Shown here piece after piece: positions 1 through 40,900 of a stretch of DNA of 64,000 bases. The notes beneath the pieces were generated by a model. It had not been told where the DNA came from, searched no databases, and worked only from the letters and a program-made list of their open reading frames with translations. The DNA comes from Podarcis filfolensis (Eukaryota). The stretch lies in the NCBI GenBank assembly GCA_964270895.1, contig OZ185440.1; one strand, written 5' to 3'. A program made the position numbers and the translations under genes. Positions within the stretch are counted from its first letter, which is position 1; the number at the start of each line of letters is the position of its first letter.

Positions 1-1872
1 GTGAGCAAGGTGTCTAAGCTGCAGACCATAGCTATGGCCACAGAAAGCTCCACAGGTTGTTTAACTGCCAGAGAATAAGAAATAAAATTCCAGATTCTCC
101 CTTCACTTGCCCTGCCCGCACGAGTTGGTAGACTTTAGAAGTGGCAGATTGTCCATCAATGCATTCCCTCTCCACTCCACCCTCCATTTAGGATTGGTAG
201 TCCAATACATGTTTACATATAAGTCCTATTGAACATAATAGGGCCTATGAGCTATTGAGGTGCATACAATTCAGCAATGATTCTCCAGCAATACCAATTG
301 CCTGTTGGCTCCTTTTAGACATATGGCTAGCCACTGGAAAACAGAATGCTGGGCTGGATTTGCCTTTGCTTTGATCCAGCAAGGCGCTTATGATTGAGTA
401 GACATCATATAAACCATATATTTGGAAATCTTCAATAAATGTTGGTTTAAAACCTACCTCCTGCATCATACACGTGGTGCTTTTTTGTCCAGAATTAGTA
501 AGAATTCCAACTCTAAAAACCCTTTTGCATGTCTTTGAATGGATATTTGTAGATATGCCAATTAAATAAATCATATCCTGCCTTTCCACCATATGATCCT
601 CAAAAATAATTCCTTCTCTACCTCCAACTTGATTTTTTTTTTTCATTTACCATTCTTTTTCCTTGTGGGAGTCCCACCTAAACTGCACAGTGTGGTTTTC
701 TAGGATAGTGCTTGACTGACTTTTTTTTTTTAAATTGAATTTTATAATTCATCTGCGTCTGTAAAATGTATTATGCAAAGCAAGAGTGCATTCTGGGATC
801 TTACCAATTAAGATGTTGCTGTATTAAGTGATCTTGATGTGTATTATTAAGAACATAATATCTATTATGTTGGATGAAGTGAAGGACTAACATTCTCTAT
901 AAAAATTATCCAGTAGATCATGGCCTACCTTCAGCCTACCCTGATAAATGGTGTATAATGCAGAAATGGTCCTAAAAATAATGACACCCTTTTGCTTAGA
1001 AAGTTGTATCATATAGGCTGCAAAACTAATTTACTCATTTGGGAGTAAGTTGTGAATATATTGAGCTCAGTAGAGCCTAGCTTTTGAGTAAACATGACTA
1101 TGATCAGGCTGAATGTTAGCCAATAAGTGTATATACTAAACACCTACTCAGAGCTTTTTTTGTTAACCACAAAACAAACTCTTGTTGTGTTAAATGAATA
1201 AGGCAACATTTCCCAACATGGTGTGATATGTGTAGAAGCTGAATAGTTGATCTGGAGACTTCAAATTCATACTTCCTACCTGCTCTATGGGTGCCTCTGT
1301 AGCTCAGGAAAATGACTGTTAGAATATTGCAGCACTAGCAATAGGATTATGATGTCATTCTTAAGGTAAAGCAGATGGGCTGTGGCGCATGACTTATTCA
1401 CTCTACCTCTGCACATTCACAAAGCTAAGAGGGAGAAATCAGTTGCATAGCCTAACTGATTAGTTTTAGATTAGTAAACACTTCATTTTTTGGAATGACA
1501 GTCTAAGAATTTGTTTCAGTAAGTAATATTTGCTTTACAAATACTAGGAGCTTACAGCGGAAATCAAGGAATGACTGGGATGTACTAAGATTAGCTACTA
1601 GAGATTAAAGCATTTGTAGCAAATGGGCTTTGCTGGTGTCTTGTGAAATAAGAGCCTCCTGGAACACTATATTGGTGGGCAACTTGTTTTATATATCAAT
1701 TTATGAGAGCTGTGAATTCATTGCTTTAAACTGGTCATGCCAAACAAATTGCTGACTGGTGGTCCTGGTGCTTAGGCATGTGGTAGATTGCTTAACACAT
1801 ACCCTTAAGGCTGATGATTAATTATGTGGTAAATGGCTCATCCTGTGTTTTGTGTCTGTTTTCCCTTTGCAG

Positions 1873-18959
<17,087 letters not shown>

Positions 18960-19233
18960 TTACCCACTTGTTAAATGAATTTCTTCCCTCTCTATTTGTC
19001 TGTCACTTCTTTGGTTTGCTGTTAACTGTATTTAAAATGCTAGCAGAAGGTTCATCCTATCTTGTGTGAGGGTTCCCTGTTTTGGGGAGAGGGTGCTATC
19101 CTTTATGCAGGTGAAGGAAAGTACTCTGCCAGAATGTGATGTTTCTGGGACCATTGCTCCTCTTCACAACTGAAGGCTAAGAAGAAGAGTTGCTTTGGTG
19201 TCTCTTGGTAAGCTTGTACATTTTTCTAGTGTA

Positions 19234-19363
19234 AATAAAGTATTTCACTAAATACTTTTGAAATGTTAACATTGAATGCAATCCAGTGAATCTTGAACTG
19301 GTTTTGCTGTTTGAGACTTTTTAAAATATAAATAATCAGTAATTGAAGCAGTTTATAAATAAA
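19234..19363 (+). terminator. Candidate KIF2C polyadenylation signals
   Basis: AATAAA at 19234-19239 and 19358-19363, the latter followed by GT-rich sequence. Confidence 0.55.
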
Positions 19364-21438
19364 TATTTCTGAATGCATCAAGTCCTGTATTGTGAGGGGT
19401 TTGAAGTGTGTTCTGCAGGTCTTCTGCTATTCTTGGAAGCCACTTGTATATGTTGGATTTGTATGCACATCTGGCTTGGAGAGCAACAACTTGGTAAGGA
19501 CAGCTTGCTTACTTTCAACCTTATCTATTACATCTAGAAGAGAATTTGAGATTTGTCGGTAAGACTGGTTATAAACATATTTTACTTAGAAATACTATGG
19601 GAGGAGTTCAGCATTGTGCTGTTATGTTTGTTCAGTCATTGCAAACATTTCCGCTTGCCAGGTAGACCAGTTTCCCATCTTCCTATTAACATGACTTGTT
19701 GCACTAGCACAACTATTTAGCTGAATCTGGCCTTTTATCTTGGTTTTCAACTGGTTTTGTTTCAGAGGAAGGCAGCAATTGTACTTACTAGTATACTTAC
19801 CAGAGGAAGTCTATTGAACTTGGTGGATCTTTGCCCCCCGCCCTTAAATATTTACAGGAGCATGGAAAGAATGTTTAGGACTGTAACTTGAACACATTAG
19901 GCAATCCTGGTCCAGCTAGGTTGTGATGACAGCCAAGGTTGTTTCTATTTTGGTTGAACTTTAAGGAAAGATGGTCCCTATTTATGAGAAATGATCAGGG
20001 GTTCTGGAAAAATGTGGGTAGTCAACGCTAGTCAAAACTTCTGGACTCTACCATTTTTGCTAATGGAACAACTGGCAGAGGACAAGATTGAATTCATCTG
20101 ACCTTTTTCCAGGTTGTTTAAAAAAAAATTACTAACACAGGTATGTGTAGAAAGTGGAGCTAATTACCTTGTAGGCTAGCTAAATGAAAAAATATATATA
20201 CTGGAGTTCTATAGAGAGCTGGAAGGCAAATTATTTGAAAGATGTAATGAGATAATAATATTAGAGGACTTAATGCGGTGGTGCTGACAGAAAACAATAA
20301 AACAACTAAGGAACTCCAGTAAAGGAATGGATCAGGATGTGACATGCTGGTAATCCAATTTATAGAAAGAAAAGAGGAAGAAAAAGAATTTTGAAGGAAA
20401 TGGTGTGTTATGAAAATATCAAGTTTGTATTCAGAAACTGAAAATACAACAAACGCAATTTGCCATGATCACACAGAATGAAATAGAGCAATGACTAAAA
20501 AGCTTTAAAACAAAAACAATTTGAGTTTGCCAGTAAGCTGGGAAAGTAAAACCCCCAATATAATAAACAAGATAATGGTAGGGGGGAGGATATATAACCA
20601 AAAAGAATTCAGAAAAGAAGTTTTAAGATACTATTCGACTTTGTATGTGAATGGAAAGGAGAGTGAGAAAGACACAGAAGAATATTTGCAAAAATGTTAT
20701 CTACCACAGCTAACAAAGGACCAAGTAGATAGTCTGAATGGCCCCATCTCAATGATGGAAATAGATGTACCTATCAAGCAGGCAAAGTCTGGCAAACCTC
20801 CTGGTCTGGACGGACTTTCAGTCGCATATTATAAAACATTAAGAGAAACATTACCACGCCCCTTAAAGATCTTATGAATGAAAGTTTACAAGGGAGAACA
20901 ATACCAACATTGTAGAAGAACGTTTACATTACTCTAATCCCCAAACAAGATCAGGATATACTCCAACCCAAGAACTACAGGCTGATCTCCTTACTGAACA
21001 ATGATTATAAGTTGTACACTGCAATAATGGCAAAAAAGCTGATGGTGGTCCTAGAATCACCTATTCGTGAGGTTTTTTTACCAAGGAATAATACTAGAAA
21101 TGTGATCAAATACTTGGAAAAAAGAAATGAAAAAGAAGCAGCACTAATATTTTTATATGCTGAAAAGGCCTTTGACAATGTGTTCTGAGTCTTCCTGAAG
21201 AAATTAGTGGAGAATGCTGTTCTGAATGCCATATTCTCTAATGGGATAAATGCAGTATACACAGAGCAATAGGCGAGCTTAATAATAAATAGTAATGTCA
21301 CAGAAAAAAGTAGCATCAAGAAGGGGACAAGGCAGGGATGCCCCCTGTTGCCACTGTTGTTTATCCTAATACGTATTCAAAACAAAAAAAATTTTTTCCT
21401 TCCAGTAGCACCTTAAAGACCAACTAAGTTAGTTCTTG

Positions 21439-21477
21439 GTATGAGCTTTTCGTGTGCATGCACACTTCTTCAGATAC
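21439..21477 (-). ncRNA. Minimal type I hammerhead ribozyme motif (one extra A)
   Basis: GUAU-CUGAAGA-A-GUGUG CAUG CACAC-GAAAAGCUC-AUAC: core CUGANGA and GAAA, 4-bp stem I, 5-bp stem II, palindromic AGCU in place of stem III. Confidence 0.7.
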
Positions 21478-21485
21478 ACACGAAT

Positions 21486-21517
21486 GTATCTGAATGCATG
21501 CACACGAAAGCTCATAC
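21486..21517 (+). ncRNA. Degenerate hammerhead copy (6-nt deletion in core)
   Basis: GUAU-CUGAA[GAAGUG missing]UGCAUGCACAC-GAAAGCUC-AUAC. Confidence 0.6.
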
Positions 21518-22222
21518 CAAGAACTAACTTAGTTGGTCTTTAAGGTGCTACTGGAAGGAAAAAAATTTTTTTGTTTTGACTATGGCAGACCAACACGGCT
21601 ACCTATCTGTAACTAATACGTATTAGAAGTGTTAACTATAGAAATATGAAAAATGATGAAATAACAGGAATTAAGGTTGGGCAGAGAGAATACAAAGTGA
21701 AAGCCTTTGCAGACGACGTGTTGATGTTGGAAAATTCGGTGGAAAGCGTCCCAAGGGCAATAGAAACTATAACAAAATTTGGCAAATTGGCAGGATTCTA
21801 TATAAATAAGGAAAAAACAAAAATGATAGTAAAAATTTTTGACTTACAGGCAAAAGAAAGACTTGAGAATATTATGGGAATTAAAACAGAAAAATATTTG
21901 GGGATATGGATATCAGCTAAGAATTTAAACCTTTTTCAGGATAACTATGTTAAAATCTGGAATGAAATAAAAAGAATCTAGAAAAAATGGACTAGACTGA
22001 ACCTTTCTTTGTTAGGAAGAATATCCGCAGTCAAAATGAATGTTTTGCCCAAGATTATCTTCTTATTTCAAACACACGTGGTAATAGCCCAAACTGTTTT
22101 AAAATGTGAAAGAAGGACATGACAAACTTCATTTGGTAGTGGGGAAACCCGAATTAAGTATAAAAATCTGACAGATGTAAGAGAAAGAGGGGACTTTGCC
22201 CTTCCAGACCTTAGATTTTATT

Positions 22223-22694
22223 TTTTATTTTTTTATAAGATATTTATTAGAATTTTCCATTTTATACAAGCAAAGAAAAAATTAAAAAGAAAAAAAATAA
22301 AAACACATAAAGTTCATAACTTATTTTTCAATAACATATTTCCCTGACCTCCTCATGCCTCCCCTTCTTGTATTCCAGTTCAAATTGTTTATCCAGCAAA
22401 TCCTTATCTCATAGCATTACAGCTAAAAAAACCCTTATTTTCTATCCATCTTCTTAAATTATTGTAGCTTAAACTTTTACTTATATACAAAGAAAAAAGA
22501 ACCATTTTTTCATATTCTTTTGTACCATTACAGCTAGAAACCACTTAATTTCAATCCAACATCACTCAACATTCATTAATATTGCAGTGTTTTTGTAAGT
22601 AGTCCTTGAATTTCTTCCATTCTTCTTCTGCCGACTCTTTTCCCTGGTCACGGATTCTGCCAGTCATTTCTGCCAATCCCATAAAGTCCCATAA
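22223..22694 (-). mobile_element. 5'-truncated L1-clade 3' end inserted antisense in the host LINE
   Basis: 17-bp TSD AGACCTTAGATTTTATT (22206-22222, 22695-22711); minus frame ...GLAEMTGRIRDQGKESAEEEWKKFKDYLQKHC resembles host ORF2 end; A-rich tail. Confidence 0.85.
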
Positions 22695-23488
22695 AGACCT
22701 TAGATTTTATTATGAGGCAGCGTGTCTCTGTTGGATGAAAGAATAGATGGAGCTAAGAGATACCAACATTTTAGACCTAGAAGGTTTTGATCTACACTTT
22801 GAATGGCATGCATATCTGCATTATGACAAATCAAGGGTGCACAAAGGTTTCCAAAACCATGTCATAAGAAGAAGTATGTACACGGTTTGGCAGCGACACA
22901 AAGATCTCTTAGAGAGAAAACCCTCAAGATGGATATCCCCAACTGAGGTGGTCTCAGGGAAAAGGTTGAATATGGACTAATGGGCGACTTATAAAGTTTA
23001 AAGAAGGAGGAGTTCACCTAAAAAACGGAGAAGAGATTTGGGATCATACTATAGATTGGTTTCAGTATTTTCAGGTGAATGAGTTACCGGTATTTAAAAG
23101 AGAAAAGGGAAAGGGATTGGCAGAAATGAGTTCAGAATTTGAAAAAATTGTATTAGGAAAGGATGATAAATTAATCTCAAAAATTTATAAAGTGTTATTG
23201 GAGTGGGATACCAAAGATGAGATGGTAAAGGCGACAATGACAAAATGGGCCATAGATATTGGTTGCAACATAGAATTGTCCACATGGGAAAAATTATGGG
23301 GGGGAAACCATGAATTTTTCTGCCTGTTAACTTATTAAGGAAAACCTACAAAAGATGATGTACCAGTGGTACTTGACAACCCAACAAATTAGTGAAAATG
23401 TATAAAAAAGGGTCTAATTTATGCTGGAAGTGCCACGAGGTAGAGGGAACTCTGATTCATATGTGGTGGTCGTGTAAATACTCTAGAG

Positions 23489-23624
23489 CAGGCATCCCCA
23501 AACTTGGCCCTCCACCTGTTTTGGGACTACAACTCCCATCATCACTAGCTAACAGGACTAGTGGTCAGGGATTATGGGAATTGTAGTCCCAAAACAGCTG
23601 GAGGGCCGAGTTTGGGGATGCCTG
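23489..23624. mobile_element. 136-bp hAT (Charlie-like) hairpin MITE, copy 1
   Basis: TIR CAGGCATCCCCAAACT / AGTTTGGGGATGCCTG; TSD CTCTAGAG / CTCTAAAG; interrupts the LINE just after its zinc knuckle. Confidence 0.9.
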
Positions 23625-24702
23625 CTCTAAAGAATAATTAAAGATTTTAAAATTCACATTTTCCAAAAGACCAGAGGCTTTCCTGTTAGGGATAATAGGT
23701 GATGGCATTCCAAAAAAGGCACTCAATATCTTTCTGCACGCAATCACTGCAGCTAGAATAATATATGCAAAAAAAATGGAAAGAAGTAGAGATACCCACG
23801 AAGGAAACTTGGTAAAACAAACTGATAGAATATGTAGAATTAGTAACCTTGACTGCAAAACTAAGGAATAAGGATGAGTTAAAAAGAAGAGTAGAGTGGA
23901 GGTATTTTGGAGATTATCTTAGAGGGTACAATATACAATTTAATCTACAAGTAGGTTAAATATACAATTTAACCTACAAGAGAGATGGATTGGGAAGTCG
24001 GGAAAAGAGATAAGTGATGGATACTGTGCAATGTATGTATAAAGGCTGTTAAAACTGCATAAATAAAAATTTTTAAAACGTGGATTTATTTAAAATATTT
24101 ATACCCAGCCGCTCTGCCTGACAAGACCAAGATAGCCAACTTGGATAGAAAGGACTCCACTCCTTAGCTACTGTGGCTATTTCAACTGCTGCTCTTCAAA
24201 GGCTTCGTGGAGGGGAACACTACCCTCATGTGTGCAATTTAACAACCTAGACCCATATAGTACCAAATGTTATTAGTCCCTGGGAGGTCTGGGTATTTTC
24301 TCACGCAGACCTGAGAGTACGCAGCTCCTGGCTGTTCCTGTTATAAATGTTGCAAATGGACAATGACCATAATCATATCTAATTAAGTCAATGTGTTGGA
24401 CTGTGATAGTCTTCATTCATGTAGAGGCAAGAATTCCGTTTATGACTTCTGAAACTAGTCAAACACTGGTATTGAAATCTGTCAGTGTTAAACAATTTTA
24501 TTGGCTTTATGCATTAATCATGTGCTTAAAAGAAAACTATCTCTGATGGCTATTATTTTGAAAAAAGTCTACAAAAATCTTTACAATTATTATTTATTTA
24601 TTGAATTTATATACCGCCCTGTACCCAGAGGTCTCAGGGCGATTCACAGAATAAAATCAATTATAGTGTCAGTCTGTTCTGAAACGGAAATTAATTTCTG
24701 CC

Positions 24703-24770
24703 TTTCTGCTAGAGAATGGCAGTTTCTGCTAGAGAATGGCAGTAGCGCTGCTAGAGAATGGCAGTTTCTG
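24703..24770. repeat. 20-bp minisatellite, 3 copies
   Basis: TTTCTGCTAGAGAATGGCAG x2, TAGCG spacer, third copy. Confidence 0.9.
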
Positions 24771-25109
24771 TTTTTGGCTTGCAAATCATGTAAATGTTTT
24801 GCCTTTAATAATATTTCTCAAGAAAAGAACATTGGGTCTTATGGTAGACTTCTGGATGCTCTACTACATTAGGGTTCAGTCTGTCTGCACAAAAATAAGT
24901 TGGCAAGGGGATTTAGAGTTCACGGTGTAAGAGCAGAGCAGCCTGCTAGATAAGGCCAAGCATTCTGTTCTCACAATGGCTAACCAGATGCCCATGTCTC
25001 TTCTGTATGTTCATTTATTTCAGTTTCAGTTGAACCTGCAAATTGGAGTGAAGTCTTGTGTCTGGTATGTATGATCACAGAGACTTAAATTTAGTTGTTC
25101 AGTACTGTT

Positions 25110-25119
25110 TTTATTTATT
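25110..25119 (-). terminator. Candidate ARMH1 polyadenylation signals
   Basis: Overlapping AATAAA hexamers on minus strand ~350 nt after the stop; the first I found downstream. Confidence 0.4.
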
Positions 25120-25470
25120 ACATAGATATCCTGTCTCCTCCTCAGAACTCAAAGTGGCTGTACAAGGGGTTATTCCTTATTTTCATAAGTATGACACAAA
25201 TTAGTCTATGGTTATGTTGTTGCAAAGGCAGCTGTTGAAGAACAATTAGAGCAATTGATGTGTCTGGTGGTTGATAACCAAACTAAGTAGATTTCAGATT
25301 TGAGAAAAGGGAGGGGGACAGGGACTCAAAGTCACCTGTCATAAGGCACTTGGAGCTTTGCATCTTTTTCTCATGGGGATGGGTAGTAGGGCCTGAAACA
25401 GAATGCATGAAAAAAAATAGATGAAAATGAACAACAGCCCAATAAATGAGGACAATTGAGACGTCACTAA

Positions 25471-37797
<12,327 letters not shown>

Positions 37798-37829
37798 TCA
37801 GAGAATACACCAGCCCCATCTACTTTGAC

Positions 37830-37965
37830 CAGGCATAGGCAAACTCAGCCCTCCAGATGTTTCAGGAGTACAACTCCCATCATCCCTAGCTAACAGGACC
37901 AGTGGTCAGGAATGATGGGAGTTGTAGTCTCAAAGCATCTGGAAGGCCGAGTTTGCCTATGCCTG
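37830..37965. mobile_element. 136-bp hAT hairpin MITE, copy 2
   Basis: TIR CAGGCATAGGCAAACTC / GAGTTTGCCTATGCCTG; TSD ACTTTGAC / ACTTTGGC; same interior as copy 1. Confidence 0.9.
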
Positions 37966-40900
37966 ACTTTGGCACTGGCACACCTTGCATCTCACATTAA
38001 AATAGTAATTTAAAGCAAGTCACCATGCTTGTTTTAAGCCATAGTTTGAACCATATTAAAGCCTAGTTTGTTTTGTCAAGGTACTAACAAGTCTTTCAGT
38101 AATGTAGGCTTTAACAAGCAGTGTCATTCTGTAGTTACCAAATTTTGGCATTTGGTGAAGAGCCTAGTTAAAATGGATTCAGTAGGTCGGTCTGAAAGGC
38201 AAAAACTCAACACAGATATCTTGGAAGTTATGTCAGCACTGCCCCACTAATCTTATTTATCCTATAGACAGCACATGAAACTCAAATTTGATTCACATAC
38301 AAAAATTTGAGGGGTAACATTTACAGAATTGCTATGATAAAGGCAACATTAAATATAAAGAAGAGCTTACCTATCTCATTTTTTTTCTTTACAGCCCCTT
38401 CAAAAATGTATAAAGAAGCAGTGCTGAGACATGCATAGGAATCCATCAGGGAATTAACAACCTGTGGTTTGCAGGAGCTTTTGTCCTTGGCAGAGTATTT
38501 TCAGCACAGGAGAGAAGGTTCTAAATAAATCAATTTTCCTCAAATAGTTGTGATTGAAAGTGTTATTAGCCATAACAAATGTTAGCACTGACAAGGGAAC
38601 AGCTGTAGCAGCCTTTCAGAGGAAGAGGTGAAACATGAGTCTCATTTACTTGATTTACAGAATATTTGTGAAATCTTACTCGTGAGCCTTGTAGCTGATA
38701 TTTGCGTTTGGCAGAAGTTGTTTTTCATCTTGGGACATTCACTATAAATTATAGCTCCATATTCTGCACCTGTGTCCTCTACACTGATCTAGTTAAAAGA
38801 ACTTTCCAACTGAAACAATTGCTAGTTTGATTCTAAATTAACATCTCCATATTTTTATGGGGGCATATATTCCCTCCTTTTTCTAGGAAGCAATGAGTCC
38901 TTTGACTGCTAAAGATAAATCTTCATCTACTTGGCTGCAGCACTTGATACACAGAAGCCAGTCACAGGGGAGAAGGCTGCATGGCCACATCATGTTCTTA
39001 TTTGAAGATTCAATGGCACCACCTACTGTGAATATGTTTACCTTTATTCACAGTTGACACAAAGAGATTCAGGCTTCCAACAAAGGAAAATGCATTTTTA
39101 AAGGCACAGCCACAGAGAAACTCTCAAAAGGTATGACATGTTCCACATCTATCTTCTGCAATCCAGACACATAGGGACTTCAGCCCACAATTGCCTTCTG
39201 GATTGAGTTGGAAAAGATTGAGACTGGCATAAGTTTGCCATCTGCACAGATAGGTTCTGGATGTCAGTGAGGTAAAAACATACCTGTTCACGTGCTGAAC
39301 TCAGAACATGAGAAATCTGCCATGTGTACATATTGTTAAATGACAAAAGCACTTAATTCTGTAGAAAGTGTTTTCAAGAGCTTTCTCTCTCACCAACCTT
39401 TTTACTTGTAGACATTTGAATTTGTGTACAAGGATATATTGAGCCACAAATAGAAACTGCCTATTTATCCAAGATGCCAAGTGGGTATACATTTGAGTGC
39501 TGCCAACACAGCTGCTATGGAGGATTTTAAAAAAGGAAGAGGGGAGACATCTGAGGTAATCTTTCTTTCCATTTCTCCCATATGAAGTCAGGGACATAAT
39601 GCTGCCAGGTTTTAAGTCTATCTTTAGAAAGAAAAACCTACCTATCCCTTTGTTTTCCATCTTCTTCCAATATTTGTTTTCTGGCACTTGTACCAAACTA
39701 ATGAAATCACAAAACTCAGCAGCATAGCAATCCAATGTGAAATCCAGAACAGGAAGCCCACCATGCTTAATTGGCTAATGCATAGTAAATCTAGCAATCC
39801 TTGGCTTCTTGCCTTGCCATATAATATTTTTGCCAAGCTGTTAACCACTTTAATGGAACCATAAGCACAATCTGAAACAGATCTAACACTTTAGGAAACA
39901 CTGCCATTTTAGTGTTGCTGTACATCCCTTGAGAGACCTTAACAGCCATTCAAAATATGTACAGCATCCTTAATGTTGAACAGTGTAAAAACAAAACTTC
40001 CATTTTTCAGGTCTTGAAGCTTATTTGTAATCTGGAGCCTTAAACACTGCTACTGACCCCACGCATTTTCTTTCAATGCAAAATACTATTTCTTTTTTTA
40101 CCTTGGGTGTTAAAGGGCTGGATTTAACTAAGCAATGGGACTTTCCTTCCTCCCCTCCCCTGTGCACCCCCATCCCCACAAATTAGCTTGGGGAGGTGCC
40201 AGGAGAACGCCCAGAACAACATGGAGAGGAGAGGAGAGGTATTTCCATCAGGCAAGCAAAAATGTTTGTGCTGATGGAACTTTTGTTTTAGCATGACTTT
40301 GAATTCCTTCCACTGTTCTGATTTGTCTAAGATGATTTAAAGGTTGAATAATACTATACATTCTTAGATTATTGAGCAGAGCAGGCAAGAACTGCAGCAG
40401 GTTCTTCAAAAACAACCTAGTATTGTCCGCAGGAAGAGCAACCTGTTTAATCTCTTTCAGAGCAATGGCTACGGACCCCTCACAGAAAAGCGACATGAAT
40501 GAATGCTTTTATATATTCTTTAGTATCAGAAAACAGAAACTTCTAAACACTCAGAATATTGATTATGTTACCCGGCTCCCATCTTTAGTGAAGGAGCCTG
40601 TCCCAGTTGTATCTTTTGCAATTTGTTAATTTCTAACAACTTAAGCTTTTAAAATTCCTCCACCTTAAAAATATTTCTTATGGGCTTGGTCATATATATC
40701 ATGTCTCAAAAAGTTATTGAAATTTGTGGGTTTTTCCTATTTCTCATGAGATGTCAAGTTTATAAAGATCCTGGAGGTGTTAATAAATACACATAACCAC
40801 TAAGTATCTATTATATAAACTAAAGATCCAATAGACAGAGTGATCCAACCACGTAGTGGAGTCCAATCTCAGTTTCTCCAACGCTCTATGGAAGCAGAAG

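Larger units (their letters stand above)
21378..21612. mobile_element. Penelope-like element remnant: inverted pseudo-LTR pair
   Basis: ~200-bp inverted repeat 21378-21578 plus 34-nt tail; 12-bp TSD CTAATACGTATT (21366-21377, 21613-21624); each arm carries a hammerhead-like motif. Confidence 0.8.
20150..24075 (+). mobile_element. Decayed L1-clade (L1/Tx1-like) LINE, ORF2 and 3' UTR, with nested insertions
   Basis: Endonuclease remnant IIL(G)D(F)NAV ~20255; KPPGLDG; AEKAFD 21159; GTRQGCPLLPLLF 21323; AFADD ~21703; CWKC...H.WW.C zinc knuckle ~23420; AATAAA-type tail ~24060; many stops and frameshifts. 5' end approximate. Confidence 0.9.

Noticed and set aside
1-6. Window begins GTGAGC, possibly the donor of KIF2C exon 2
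   Set aside because: The upstream exon is outside the window; cannot be tested. No KIF2C exon 1/2 sequence was recognised in 1-1872.
245-646. 133-aa minus-strand ORF
   Set aside because: No recognisable protein; overlaps a decayed CR1-type 3' fragment inside a KIF2C intron.
21378-21578. CRISPR-like or foldback DNA transposon interpretation of the long inverted repeat
   Set aside because: No repeat-spacer periodicity; asymmetric 34-nt tail, 12-bp TSD and hammerhead motifs fit a Penelope-like retroelement better.
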